This document shows positions 1-10,792 of a stretch of 64,000 bases of DNA, piece after piece. How positions within the stretch are numbered: position 1 is the first letter of the stretch; each line of letters begins with the position of its first letter. The translations under genes were made by a program, and so were the position numbers. The notes under the pieces were generated by a model. It had not been told where the DNA came from. It ran no database searches and saw nothing but the letters and a program-made list of their open reading frames with translations. This DNA is from Candidatus Poribacteria bacterium (GTDB lineage Bacteria; Poribacteria; WGA-4E; WGA-3G): assembly GCA_965205025.1 (NCBI GenBank), contig CBDBFU010000003.1, positions 128,001-192,000 on the forward strand, written 5' to 3'.

Positions 1-1
1 C

Positions 2-1021
2 ACAGCAGCGTTAACAGAAAGTGAGGTGGAAATCCTCTATCAGATTTTGAGACAGTTGCGGGATAAAGGTGTAACATGCATATATATAACCCATAAACTA
101 AAAGAGATATTTCAGATTGCTGATCGTGTAACGGTATTGCGTGACGGAAAAACAGTTGGTACACAATCAATTGAGGAATGTACCGAAGATAAACTAATTT
201 CACAAATGGTTGGTCGTGAGTTGACCACACTATTTCCGGATCGTAAACAACCCTCGCTATTATCAAAAGATAAAAAAATAGCATTACGGGTTGAGAACAT
301 AAACACCTATCCGCATGAACCACCGTTTCTTAAAAATATCTCATTTGAGGTGCGTCCTGGTGAGATCCTTGGCATCGCTGGACTGATGGGAGCAGGAAGA
401 ACAGAATTAATAAACACAATCTTTGGTGCGAATACTGGAAAATGGGATGGAAATATATACAGAAACGGAAGACAGGTTGAAATTCACTCCCCCAGAGATG
501 CAATACAACAAGGCATGGCATTAGTTAGTGAAGATCGTAAACGTTATGGACTTATTTTGGATGACGATGTTGTTACGAATATGACGCTTGCAAATCTAAC
601 TTCGGCAGGAGAAATTACATCATTCGGTATCATAAATCGCGGTGTTTCGTATGGAAAAAGTAAAGAATATGTGGAATCGCTACGTATAAAAACGGCTTCG
701 TATGATATACCTGTTCGTCAACTGAGTGGTGGGAATCAACAGAAAGTTGTTTTAGGTAAGTGGTTGATGACGCAACCAAAAGTCCTGTTTTTGGATGAAC
801 CTACACGAGGTATAGATGTAGGTGCAAAATCAGAAATACATACTTTGGCAACACAATTGGCTGATGAAGGTGTTGCGATTGTATTGGTTTCTTCTGAACT
901 GCCAGAGATTTTGGGTATGAGTGAACGTGTCTTGGTATTACATGAAGGTAGAATCACAGGTGAATTTATCAACGACAATTTGACACAGGAGGATATCCTG
1001 CGTTGTGCTGCAGGAGCATAA
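2..1021 (+). CDS. Sugar ABC transporter ATP-binding protein (XylG/RbsA/MglA type), 5'-partial
   Basis: Two-NBD ATPase remnant: YITHKL, GIAGLMGAGRTEL, LSGGNQQKVV, LFLDEPTRGIDVGAK; frame open to window start. Confidence 0.93.
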   Translation, partial: TAALTESEVEILYQILRQLRDKGVTCIYITHKLKEIFQIADRVTVLRDGKTVGTQSIEECTEDKLISQMVGRELTTLFPDRKQPSLLSKDKKIALRVENINTYPHEPPFLKNISFEVRPGEILGIAGLMGAGRTELINTIFGANTGKWDGNIYRNGRQVEIHSPRDAIQQGMALVSEDRKRYGLILDDDVVTNMTLANLTSAGEITSFGIINRGVSYGKSKEYVESLRIKTASYDIPVRQLSGGNQQKVVLGKWLMTQPKVLFLDEPTRGIDVGAKSEIHTLATQLADEGVAIVLVSSELPEILGMSERVLVLHEGRITGEFINDNLTQEDILRCAAGA

Positions 1022-1452
1022 TGGAAAAGGTATATAGGACTGAGAGTCCGGAGGAGACACAAAATCTTGGTGAAACGTTTGGGAAAACATTGAAACCTGG
1101 TGATGTGGTTGCCCTCATAGGGGATCTCGGTACAGGAAAGACCTGTTTAACACAAGGGATTGCGCGAGGTATAGGCATTGCTGCAGGTGAAGTTGTCAGT
1201 AGTCCTTCCTATATACTTATCAACGAATATAATGGAAAGATTCCTATCTATCATATTGATCTATACCGTCTGGAAAATATCACGGAAATTGCTGATCTCG
1301 GTATTGGTGAATACATAGACAGTGATGGTGTCTGTATTATTGAGTGGGCAGAACGAATGGAAGAAGATTTACCCGAAACCTGTATAAGAATTTATATAAC
1401 GTGGGAAGATGAAAACACCCGAATCATCAAAATACAACATTCTATACCTTGA
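1021..1452 (+). CDS. tsaE: tRNA threonylcarbamoyladenosine biosynthesis ATPase TsaE
   Basis: GDLGTGKT, VSSPSY, YHIDLYRL, IIEWAE motifs; ATG at 1021 overlaps upstream TAA. Confidence 0.95.
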   Translation: MEKVYRTESPEETQNLGETFGKTLKPGDVVALIGDLGTGKTCLTQGIARGIGIAAGEVVSSPSYILINEYNGKIPIYHIDLYRLENITEIADLGIGEYIDSDGVCIIEWAERMEEDLPETCIRIYITWEDENTRIIKIQHSIP

Positions 1453-2620
1453 TAGTGGTTCTGGAATTGGCGGTGGACAACGTAGCCTACTACTTCTGCT
1501 GCAGATGTTAGACAAACAGCGTTTTACACCTTTTGTTGGTTGTCTCGGAGGGAGTCCGTTTGCAGAGGAAGTAGCAAAAACCGACGCGGAGATCATACCA
1601 TTATCTCTTCCTGAAGCACATAATAAGACTGATAAGGTTAAGAGATTTACATTCCAAGATTTATTCAATGATTTCAGGCAGCTTCGTGTAATTCCGCAAC
1701 TCCATCGCGTTGTAAAACAGCATTCAATTGGATTAATACATGCCAATTCCCTTGCTGTAGCACTTCTTAGTGGGATTGTTGCGAGAATTAATCGTATTCC
1801 TATTTTGATGCATAAGCGATATGCTACATCCTACGGAATTTTAGACAAGATATGTGAAAAACTACTACATCGTGTTATTCTGGTGTCCGAGGCAACACGT
1901 TGGCATTTTGCATCCGATTCAAAACAGATATTAATTTATAACGGGGCAGATTTAGAAGCATTCCAAGCTTCTCAGACTGAAGTAGATAATCTACGTACTG
2001 AACTCTTATCGGATAACAAAAATGAGGTGGAAAGTGAATCCACATCCCCTATACTCGTCGGTGTTGTGACAAGAATAACTCCTGAAAAAGGTATCCATAT
2101 ACTTATAAAAGCTATGTCAGAGTTAAGAAAATCTCACTTAGAGGGTGGTGTGGATGTTAAACTACTTATTGTAGGTGGTCCTTATTTTCAGAAAGATTAT
2201 GAATATTTGGAATCACTAAAACAGGAAGTTGTAGAATTGGGTGTTGAGGATTCTGTGATCTTCACCGGGTTTTTACCTGATACACGTGTAGTAACCACTC
2301 TACTTGATATAGTATTAGTGCCTTCTATCATTCCAGAGGCATGTCCACGTACTATCATTGAAGCGATGGCAGTGGGTAGACCGGTGATTGCAACACCACT
2401 TGGTGGGAGTAAGGAGTTAGTTACACCAGAGACAGGTATCTTAGTTCCACCAGAAGATCCAAAAGCATTTGCATCTGCAATTAAAACGCTGGCAAAAGAT
2501 AACAATCAGTTAACTGCAATGAGAGAGTCTGCGCGTCAACGTGCTGAAGAATTATTCAGTATTCAGAAGAACATGGCATTAACAGAGTCCGTGTATACTG
2601 AATTATTGACATTATGTTGA
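1409..2620 (+). CDS. Glycosyltransferase family 4 (GT-B)
   Basis: N-terminal GGGQRS, RITPEKG, EACPRTIIEAMAVGRPVIAT (Ex7E). Confidence 0.92.
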   Translation: MKTPESSKYNILYLDSGSGIGGGQRSLLLLLQMLDKQRFTPFVGCLGGSPFAEEVAKTDAEIIPLSLPEAHNKTDKVKRFTFQDLFNDFRQLRVIPQLHRVVKQHSIGLIHANSLAVALLSGIVARINRIPILMHKRYATSYGILDKICEKLLHRVILVSEATRWHFASDSKQILIYNGADLEAFQASQTEVDNLRTELLSDNKNEVESESTSPILVGVVTRITPEKGIHILIKAMSELRKSHLEGGVDVKLLIVGGPYFQKDYEYLESLKQEVVELGVEDSVIFTGFLPDTRVVTTLLDIVLVPSIIPEACPRTIIEAMAVGRPVIATPLGGSKELVTPETGILVPPEDPKAFASAIKTLAKDNNQLTAMRESARQRAEELFSIQKNMALTESVYTELLTLC

Positions 2621-2875
2621 TAATATGTGCATAACTTTCTGTGATTTCACATAAGACATTCGAAATTGCAATAAAATTATAACTTTTTCTGCGATAAGGT
2701 TTATAGCAACGCATTCCAGCAGTTTAGGTTACAAATATATTGATATTTTTTAAGTTAATTCTTTAGTTAAAATGTGTGGATGTCAAATTATATAGATTAT
2801 AACTTAGGGTAAATTGTGTAATACACTTATTTTGAATGAAAATAGTGTATAGTTTTAGGTTTTGGAGAATTTGAA

Positions 2876-3919
2876 ATGGCTGATGGGACAGTAAAATCGA
2901 CCAATCCTATTCAAGGAACTCAGGTTAGTCAAGGAAGATTGAACCAGATGTCTGAGTTTATAGGTGAGGAGGTAAGTGACACTTCCAACTGGATTGAGAT
3001 CTATCGTACTGCTGATGAGTGGGAAGTTAAACTGATTCTTGCAACTTTGGCTGCACAACAGATTCGGTGTCGTCCCATACAAGTAAAAAAGCAACGTCAA
3101 ACTGCGCTTTTTGTTGATCCTGAGCATGAAGTTACCGCGATGGAACTGGTGAGTCGAATTGATGTTGCAATAGCAGATAATGAAATGGTAATGCAATCTA
3201 AAGAGACAGCAGAAGCGTTACAACAACGAGATATGGCAGCAGTTCCAGAGGAGAATCCACAATTGACGACCGAATCTGGTGAAACTCTTTTAGCGCAAAG
3301 AGAAGATATTGGTAGTGTTGTTCATGTTGATGGACAAGGGTATGAACTCCGTGTGGGTCCGGAACCTTATATTACCATTTCAGATAATGACTGGGAAGAA
3401 TTCACGGATTTTAGTGCACAACGTCAAGAGTTCGTAATGCTTCTTCGACATGAATATCCTGCTCTTTATGATTGGATCCAAGACGAAAAACTATTATCAG
3501 AATTCACACGACTCATTGAGATGACATATCAAGATGGATCACCCATTGTAGTTGCTCATCGTCAATATACTGAAACTACTGATGACGATGCAATGGATGG
3601 AACACCTTTCAACGGGTTCGCACAGTTAAGTATAACCGTAGCAGTTATTTCACTTCTCACTATATTAATTCGGGTGCCATGGCAGGTAAACGCAGTGTTG
3701 GCTGCAGTTGTGGTGTTGTCAGCGATTATAGCATTTTTCCAGATACGGATGCATGCAGAACGTAATATTGAGGGAGAAAAACCGAGTGGTAATATGTTAG
3801 CATTCAGTGCAATTATTCTATCGTGTTTAGTAGTGCTGTTTTCGTGGTGGTTGGATCAGCGTCCCGAAACCGAGACACCAGATAAGCCACCAGTGCGTGA
3901 GAATACAGGAAATCGATAA
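2876..3919 (+). CDS. Hypothetical membrane protein with N-terminal DUF2007-like segment and 3 C-terminal TM helices
   Basis: WIEIYRTADEWEVKLILATL resembles DUF2007; hydrophobic C-terminal stretches; GGAG RBS. Confidence 0.6.
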   Translation: MADGTVKSTNPIQGTQVSQGRLNQMSEFIGEEVSDTSNWIEIYRTADEWEVKLILATLAAQQIRCRPIQVKKQRQTALFVDPEHEVTAMELVSRIDVAIADNEMVMQSKETAEALQQRDMAAVPEENPQLTTESGETLLAQREDIGSVVHVDGQGYELRVGPEPYITISDNDWEEFTDFSAQRQEFVMLLRHEYPALYDWIQDEKLLSEFTRLIEMTYQDGSPIVVAHRQYTETTDDDAMDGTPFNGFAQLSITVAVISLLTILIRVPWQVNAVLAAVVVLSAIIAFFQIRMHAERNIEGEKPSGNMLAFSAIILSCLVVLFSWWLDQRPETETPDKPPVRENTGNR

Positions 3920-4128
3920 TAGTGACATAGTAGATAACAGTATATAGTATATCCTATTGTTTTAATTGAAATATTATACATTATGATACTTAGGTTTCTC
4001 TACCCTCATTTTCCCATATTGTCTGAAGCAATCTCACGAAAATTCAAATATTCGAATCACCCTTTAGAATTAGATATCCATCATACTATTTAACCTTTTA
4101 ACCAAATTTATTACTGGAGAGTAACTTT

Positions 4129-6819
4129 ATGAAAAATCAGATTAAAACCAGTTTTTTGTTTTACATATTTACGTTATCCGTATGCCTCGTTTCCTTTTCC
4201 GTAAGGGATACTGTGGCACAAGACAACTCTGAACCCGATATCGCACCTGCCAATGCCAACTATACTTTTGAGACAATTGACGTTCCCGGTGTAGACTTCT
4301 TAGCGGTGACGGCAAGTAGCGACTTTGAGGACTACGCCGGTAACACCCCAAGTGCCGATGGTGAAAAAATGATCGGTTTTACCCTAATTGATGGGGTTTT
4401 TACAACCCATGATTTCCCTGGGGCACAAGGCACTTATTTTTACGCACTTGGTAATAATGGGGTAGCTGCAGGGCACTATCAGGATAGCGATGGACTCTAC
4501 CACGGAGTCATCTTAGGAGAAGATGGGGAACTGCGCCAATACGATTTTCCGGGGGCAATCGAAACCCAAATCTTCGGTTATAGTGACTCCACTGGGAGAC
4601 TAACAGGTAGTTTCATAGATGCTTCTGGTATTCGCCGTGGGTTCTCAGGCGACACAATCGTTGAGTATCCTGGAGCACCGGAAACTTATGCCGATTTTGT
4701 GAGCGGGTTAGGCAATATCGTGGGTAGTTACGTGGATGCTGTAGGCACATATCATGCATACCTGCGTGGACCGGGTGGAAGTTTCGCAACGCTCGACCTG
4801 CCACTAAAGGGAGAGTTGGACTACTTTTTTCTCCACGGTCTCAACGATGGATTGATTGCGGTTGGGCGCGCCAAACTGGTGGGTGGTGTCCCGCGTACTT
4901 ATGTCGGCAACCCCCTCAACCTACAAGAATTGCGAGTTCCGGATAGCGTTGGCACGGAGGGTTGGAATATCAATCAGGACGGATCCGTCGTTGGACACTA
5001 TGACACTGCAGATGGACGTAGACATGGATTTATAGCAAGACCCATAGAGAGCACTGATACAAGAGTCAGCAATAGACGTATTGGAGCACCCGTCGGCTTT
5101 ATATTTGAGAGTATTGATGTTCCAGGTGTAGATTTTTTAGCGTTGACTGCGAGTAGCGACTTTGAAGATTATGCCGGAAACACGCGAAGTGCTGACGGTA
5201 AAAAAATGGTCGGCTTTACGCTCATTGATGGCGTTTTTACCACACACGATTTCCCTGGGTCCCAAGGCACTTATTTCTATGCGCTCGGTAATAATGGCGT
5301 AGCTGCCGGACACTACCAAGATAGTGATGGCTTGTACCACGGTGTTATCTTAGAAAATGGTGAGTTGCGTCAATACGATTTTCCAGGTGCTGTCCAGACG
5401 GAGATATACGGTATCAGTGATGCAACAGGTGCACTGACGGGTAATTTTATAGACGCTTCAGGCGTTCGCCGTGGGTTCTCAGGCGACACAATAGTTGAGG
5501 TACCCGATGCTTCGGCAACTTATTCCGATTTTGTGAGTTGGACGGGCCATATCGTGGGTAGCTACGCGGATGCTGCAGGTACATATCATGCCTACATGCG
5601 TGGTGTGACGGGTAGGTTTTTATATATCGCCCTTCCAGCAGCACTAAATCTGGAATACTTTTTTCTTCACGGTCTAAACGAGTCAAGAAGTGTCGTTGGC
5701 CGCGCGAAAGAGGTAGGTGATGTCCCGCGCACTTATGTCGGCAACCCTCTCAACCTACGTGAGTTGCGGTTTCCGGGCAGTATTAGCACAGAGGGTTGGA
5801 ATATCAATCAGGATGGATCAGTTGTAGGACACTACGACTCACTGGATGGACGTAGACACGGGTTCATCGCCAAACCCGTTGATAAAGAAGAAAGCGATTC
5901 TTTTAGCAACGTCTTCAATATGACGTTGACCAAAGGATTGAACATGCTTTCTTTACCTTTAGCATCACCGAAACCGATGACTGCAAAATCACTCGCTGGC
6001 ATAACGGGTGCGACTGTTATAATAGCACTTGATGCTGAAAAACAAAGTTTTATCGGTTGGACACCAAGTGCACCTGACGAAGGGTTTCCAATTGAAGGTG
6101 GACAGGGATATATCGTCAATGTGCCTCAAGCACGCAATTTCGCATTCGTCGGAGCACATTGGACAAATGAAAGATACACAGGTGCAGCACCGTTTGCTAA
6201 ACCAAACCTTCCTGCACACGAAACATGGGCATTCGTAGTAAGTGGACATTTGGAAGGGAAATCAGCTACGTTTGAAGGTTACAAAGTAATTGTACGTAAC
6301 CTCAGAACAAACAGCAAAATTACTACCTCTGTGCAAGGGGATTACTTCGCTGCTGCAACTGCTGACCTAAATCGGATAAGTGTTGTGCAAGTTGGGGACA
6401 ATCTTGAATTGACCGTCACTGATACAAATGGTAATATTGTCTCAGAGAAATACATCGTTCCTGTAACGCCTGGTAGTTTAACCAATGCTGTGCTTCCTGT
6501 TAATCTTGACAGCATCGGTCAACCGAACAAGAATCAGTTGTTGCAAAACTATCCAAACCCGTTTAACCCAGAAACATGGATTCCGTATCAACTTTCGATT
6601 GCCGCACCTGTATCCATTTCAATTTATGATGCGACAGGTGGACTTGTTCGGACACTTGCTATCGGTTACCAATCTGAGGGGTTCTATCATAACCGTGGTC
6701 GCTCTGCCTATTGGGATGGCAAAAATGCTTTAGGAGAAAGAGTGGCAAGTGGTATTTATTTCTACCAGTTAACAACACCTTCTTTTGAGCAAACGCGCCG
6801 ACTAATTATTGTTAAATAG
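4129..6819 (+). CDS. Secreted repeat (beta-propeller-like) protein with two tandem ~279-aa units and a C-terminal FlgD-Ig/T9SS-A-like domain
   Basis: Signal peptide; duplicated unit at nt 4264-5043 and 5101-5877; C-terminal LLQNYPNPFNPETWIPYQL...ASGIYFYQL. Confidence 0.8.
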   Translation: MKNQIKTSFLFYIFTLSVCLVSFSVRDTVAQDNSEPDIAPANANYTFETIDVPGVDFLAVTASSDFEDYAGNTPSADGEKMIGFTLIDGVFTTHDFPGAQGTYFYALGNNGVAAGHYQDSDGLYHGVILGEDGELRQYDFPGAIETQIFGYSDSTGRLTGSFIDASGIRRGFSGDTIVEYPGAPETYADFVSGLGNIVGSYVDAVGTYHAYLRGPGGSFATLDLPLKGELDYFFLHGLNDGLIAVGRAKLVGGVPRTYVGNPLNLQELRVPDSVGTEGWNINQDGSVVGHYDTADGRRHGFIARPIESTDTRVSNRRIGAPVGFIFESIDVPGVDFLALTASSDFEDYAGNTRSADGKKMVGFTLIDGVFTTHDFPGSQGTYFYALGNNGVAAGHYQDSDGLYHGVILENGELRQYDFPGAVQTEIYGISDATGALTGNFIDASGVRRGFSGDTIVEVPDASATYSDFVSWTGHIVGSYADAAGTYHAYMRGVTGRFLYIALPAALNLEYFFLHGLNESRSVVGRAKEVGDVPRTYVGNPLNLRELRFPGSISTEGWNINQDGSVVGHYDSLDGRRHGFIAKPVDKEESDSFSNVFNMTLTKGLNMLSLPLASPKPMTAKSLAGITGATVIIALDAEKQSFIGWTPSAPDEGFPIEGGQGYIVNVPQARNFAFVGAHWTNERYTGAAPFAKPNLPAHETWAFVVSGHLEGKSATFEGYKVIVRNLRTNSKITTSVQGDYFAAATADLNRISVVQVGDNLELTVTDTNGNIVSEKYIVPVTPGSLTNAVLPVNLDSIGQPNKNQLLQNYPNPFNPETWIPYQLSIAAPVSISIYDATGGLVRTLAIGYQSEGFYHNRGRSAYWDGKNALGERVASGIYFYQLTTPSFEQTRRLIIVK

Positions 6820-7072
6820 TATCAATTCGATAGGAGTCACAGCTCTACCGGTATACAAACATTCTTCTAACACATGACGTTCGATATCAATCAGTTTTAC
6901 ACAGTTTTACAGCATGTTTCTTCATATTTGTGTCCTCTAAGATAATACACTATACTCTCTAAGAGACACACATCAGTTTGTCAAGACTCATATAAATGAA
7001 ATTTCAACTTGTAATTTTAGGTTGGTCTGTCCATAAGAGTGAAAACCAGCACTTACAAATTAATAAGTAATT

Positions 7073-7120
7073 AAAACAGTAAGGCGGGATCATTCAGTGA
7101 TGATCCCGCCTTACTGTTTT
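7073..7120. terminator. Bidirectional intrinsic terminator
   Basis: Perfect 21-bp inverted repeat AAAACAGTAAGGCGGGATCAT/ATGATCCCGCCTTACTGTTTT between convergent genes. Confidence 0.9.
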
Positions 7121-7134
7121 GAAAAATAATGAGT

Positions 7135-7854
7135 CTATCTACCGGCTTTTAGAAGTCCCCATGTCGTTGAAACTTTGCCTTTTGGATTAACCGGTAAGGG
7201 ACCGTCAGGTCCATACACTAATACATCTTCGTATCTGGCAGTTGTTGCCCATGTTGCGACCCCGATTCTACCGACGCCATCTCTGGTAGCATCGTCAACC
7301 TCGGCAACCTGTTCATCATTAAGAAACAGTGTGTAGCTGGTGGGAGTAATAACAATTTTTATGTCGTACCAATCACCTGTAGCGATAGTGTGATTGCTAT
7401 GCGCTCCGGCTTTTCCACCACCCCATGCTTCAACCTGAGAACGGCTGTTTCCCCAACCGCCAAGGTTCCACCAGTATTCTAACCGTGCTTGTTTTTGCAT
7501 ACGTGGTGGGTGTTCTTTAAGTGCCTTTCCTCGGGGTTCCATGGGACCTTGGCACCGGAACATTATCAGGAAACCTTCTGCCCCACCTATTTTATTTCCT
7601 CTAACTTCGTAGGTGTAATCATTCCACTCCTCATCCCAAAAGTCATCTGCTACAACACTCATACAATTGGAATCATTTGAGAGTTGGTGGTATTCTTTAT
7701 CTTTGAATTCCCATTCACCCCATAAGGGTACCCATTTATCTTTTGATTTATTCGCGTTATCGAAATTATCCTCAAAGTAGATTTGCGACAATGCACCTGT
7801 TGCAATGCCGAAAGTAAAACATACTAAGAGGATAGCTAATCCAAAGTTCTTCAT
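7135..7854 (-). CDS. Secreted concanavalin/LamG-like (DUF1080-like) protein with C-terminal TW-x-x-x-K tail
   Basis: Start 7854 after AAGGAG; signal peptide; WNDYTYEVRG, GRIGV; ends VNPKGKVSTTWGLLKAGR. Confidence 0.7.
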   Translation of the reverse strand: MKNFGLAILLVCFTFGIATGALSQIYFEDNFDNANKSKDKWVPLWGEWEFKDKEYHQLSNDSNCMSVVADDFWDEEWNDYTYEVRGNKIGGAEGFLIMFRCQGPMEPRGKALKEHPPRMQKQARLEYWWNLGGWGNSRSQVEAWGGGKAGAHSNHTIATGDWYDIKIVITPTSYTLFLNDEQVAEVDDATRDGVGRIGVATWATTARYEDVLVYGPDGPLPVNPKGKVSTTWGLLKAGR

Positions 7855-7908
7855 TGACAATGCTCCTTTAAGAAAGTGTTCACATATACAGTGAATCACC
7901 AAACATTT

Positions 7909-9531
7909 CTAATGGTTATGAGCAAATTCAGCCGAATTCAGTAAAACCCAATATAGGTCTTCGTATGCTAAATCTTTACTCCTATATAGACTACGTTCTA
8001 AATAACGTTGGAAATAAGTCTGTTCTTGGCTGGTTGGTTTGCGGGATAGCACAGTAAGATAGATAAACTGAACTCTGTCAATTGTCTCACGCCAATTGTC
8101 AAGGACATATCGAATAAAACTATCACGTGCTTTATAATTAGCACTGTCGTTGACGAGAGAACCGTTAATCATCATAAGTGCTTTTGGTACAGTTCCATTG
8201 AATGCTTCAATTTCTTCCATCTCCCCATTATCCAGTAGGAATAGATACTGATTTAGATATTCGCGTTTCATACTCTTTAGTTGAATAGCGGTTTTGCTTT
8301 TTTTCAACCTACCCAAAACAGTAGCTTGAAGCATAGAGGAGAAGAATTGTTCAGCGGTCAAAGGTTTCATATAAGCGTGTGAGTAATAAATGTCGTCGTC
8401 CTTGTTACTCTCATTTGTTTCAGAACTTCTTTGGTATGCTTTAGAATGGAGAATAATCCGCATAAGATGTTGTAAGTCGTATCCGTGAATAACGAAATCC
8501 TCTGCTAACCATGTCAGTAGTTCAGGATTAGTTGCGGGATACTCCTCTCCGAAACCATCAATAGGTTCAACAAAACCTCGTCCCATAAAATGTTTCCATA
8601 TCCGATTTACAATAGCTTTACTAAAGTAAGGATTCGATTTAGCAGTCATCCATTCTGCTAAGGCTTCACGTTTTTTGGTGAGTTCCCCTTTATATTCTGT
8701 GCCATCAAGAAACCGCGGAGGGACAGATTCCTTCATACTATCAACATATATTTCTCTATTCTGTTTTGGGGAATTAGTAATGAGAAAGTTCTGCCTCTCC
8801 TCTTCCTCACCCAACATATTTTTTTCTTCAATCATCCCTTTTTCTTCACTTTGAATACCTGTGAAGAAGGCAGCAACACCGTAGAAATCTTTCTGGAGCC
8901 ACGATTCCGTTTTATGATCGTGGCATTCAGCACATTGCATTGGCAGTCCAAGGAACAATCGTGATGTATGTGAAGTCAATAAGACAGGTGAACGTTCGTA
9001 ACGTAGAACATAGTTTCCCGCATCATTGTCCCGTAATTCTCCTTCTGCAGCGACCAATTCTTTGACAAACATATTGTATGGCATGTTAGTTCTGATAGAT
9101 TTTTTCACCCACTTCTCTAATCCAACCCGTCGATCATCACCATCACCGCGTCTGCCAATTAACCAATTTACCCATATTCCTGTCCAATACTCAACAGATT
9201 GCTTACTTTTAATAAGTTCATCAATTTTTCTTGACCTTTTGTTTGGAGCACTATCATCAAGAAAATCAGAGACTTGTTCAGGTGTTGGAATGACACCCGT
9301 CATATCTAAATGGATCCGTCTTAGAAATGCTGCATCACTTGTTTGTTTAGAAGGTTTTAATCCTTCCCGTTTTAAGACAGCATCAATGTGTCTATCGAGA
9401 TGTTTAGAACTTGATGGTATGTATATATTCTTAGTGTTCATTGTAGGTATAGCAGTGCAGCTAACTACTAAGAACGCTAAAGCAAGAAACAACAGCCAAT
9501 TTCGGTATATCATCCAATTTGTTCTCTTCAT
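7909..9531 (-). CDS. DUF1549/DUF1553 (PSCyt2/PSD1) domain lipoprotein
   Basis: FLRRIHLDMTGVIPT, LGLPMQCAECHDH (CxxCH), IVNRIWKHFMGRG, WVLLNSAEF; lipobox VVSC. Confidence 0.92.
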   Translation of the reverse strand: MKRTNWMIYRNWLLFLALAFLVVSCTAIPTMNTKNIYIPSSSKHLDRHIDAVLKREGLKPSKQTSDAAFLRRIHLDMTGVIPTPEQVSDFLDDSAPNKRSRKIDELIKSKQSVEYWTGIWVNWLIGRRGDGDDRRVGLEKWVKKSIRTNMPYNMFVKELVAAEGELRDNDAGNYVLRYERSPVLLTSHTSRLFLGLPMQCAECHDHKTESWLQKDFYGVAAFFTGIQSEEKGMIEEKNMLGEEEERQNFLITNSPKQNREIYVDSMKESVPPRFLDGTEYKGELTKKREALAEWMTAKSNPYFSKAIVNRIWKHFMGRGFVEPIDGFGEEYPATNPELLTWLAEDFVIHGYDLQHLMRIILHSKAYQRSSETNESNKDDDIYYSHAYMKPLTAEQFFSSMLQATVLGRLKKSKTAIQLKSMKREYLNQYLFLLDNGEMEEIEAFNGTVPKALMMINGSLVNDSANYKARDSFIRYVLDNWRETIDRVQFIYLTVLSRKPTSQEQTYFQRYLERSLYRSKDLAYEDLYWVLLNSAEFAHNH

Positions 9532-9622
9532 GATAGTCTCCTTAGGAGTAAAATAAGTATATTTGTAATTTTATATTTTAAGTTTAACCCATTTTGTATT
9601 GGTTTTCAAGGGAATTGCTGTA

Positions 9623-10675
9623 TTAATCCCAACGGACACCTGTTGGAATAATACCTATATCTTCACCACGATTCATCGCTTCAGCAGCATCGAGGATACT
9701 TGCCAAATCATGGTGTGGTTCAAAACCTAACATGGTCTTGATTTTGGATAAATCGAATTCAAAATAGTTAGGGTTTGTAAGTTTTATATCAACACAATCC
9801 TTCTGGTAACGGTCACATAGGTATGGGATTATTTCTTCTTGGTTGAAAACAGCGTTTCCTCCCAGAGTGAACTCTTGCCCGACAGCAGCATCTTTCTCTA
9901 AACCTAATATCAAACCCTGAACGATATCTCGTATATCTGCGAAATGCTCCTTGTAGGCACGTCCATCAGGATTTCGTTTTAGGATGAATTTTTCCTCACC
10001 GTTCCAAGCATTCTTTACAATTCTTGCTATTTCTAATTCAGCAGGATCATTACCTTTATAGTTGTTGTACCGATTGTAGATTGTACTAAAGACAAACAGT
10101 TTTGGCAATCCATCTGCATTCAGAAATTCACTTGGTTCGACAACGGTGCTAAATCGGAATACTGTGGAAGGAACATTGTATTGGTGGTGATAAGTCATAC
10201 AGAGTTCTTCGCCTATCCATTTCGTAAGGAAATAGGGCATGTTATGGTATTTTGCGACCATATCTTCAGTGACTAATTCGTCAAAAAATCTGCCTTTCTC
10301 AGTCAATTCCCAATAGATGGCTTCAGTGCATGCATATATAAGACGGTGGATATTTGGATTGAATTCTCGGATACACTCTAATATATTAAGTGTTCCCATA
10401 CCGTTTATAGCTAAATAGTCACGGTTATTAAATGGACCACCGAAGGCAGCAGCAATGTGATAGATGGCATCAACACCTTCAACAGCTTTTTTGACATCTT
10501 CAAATTCTCGGAGATCGCCAAGAACAGTTTCCACTTTGGGATTATCATCCCACCTTCCAACACGGTTTTTGTCCTCTGGATATGTAAAACTTCTTATTTC
10601 ATGTCCCTTTTCGATTAGTTGTTTGACAAGGTTTGAACCGATTCGACCCGTACCGCCAGTAACCAATATTTTCAT
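9623..10675 (-). CDS. NAD-dependent epimerase/dehydratase (extended SDR)
   Basis: ILVTGGTGRIG; YFLTK (YxxxK). Confidence 0.9.
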   Translation of the reverse strand: MKILVTGGTGRIGSNLVKQLIEKGHEIRSFTYPEDKNRVGRWDDNPKVETVLGDLREFEDVKKAVEGVDAIYHIAAAFGGPFNNRDYLAINGMGTLNILECIREFNPNIHRLIYACTEAIYWELTEKGRFFDELVTEDMVAKYHNMPYFLTKWIGEELCMTYHHQYNVPSTVFRFSTVVEPSEFLNADGLPKLFVFSTIYNRYNNYKGNDPAELEIARIVKNAWNGEEKFILKRNPDGRAYKEHFADIRDIVQGLILGLEKDAAVGQEFTLGGNAVFNQEEIIPYLCDRYQKDCVDIKLTNPNYFEFDLSKIKTMLGFEPHHDLASILDAAEAMNRGEDIGIIPTGVRWD

Positions 10676-10703
10676 ACTTATTTCCTAAATTCAATTAAAC
10701 ACA

Positions 10704-10737
10704 AAGAGTGATTCATTTATTTAAATGAATCACTCTT
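10704..10737. terminator. Hairpin, probable terminator after the paralog array
   Basis: AAGAGTGATTCATTT-N4-AAATGAATCACTCTT inverted repeat. Confidence 0.6.
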
Positions 10738-10792
10738 AAGGATTCTATCAAAATGGTTGGTAGAGTTAAGTTGCTCATAACTACAAATGAGT

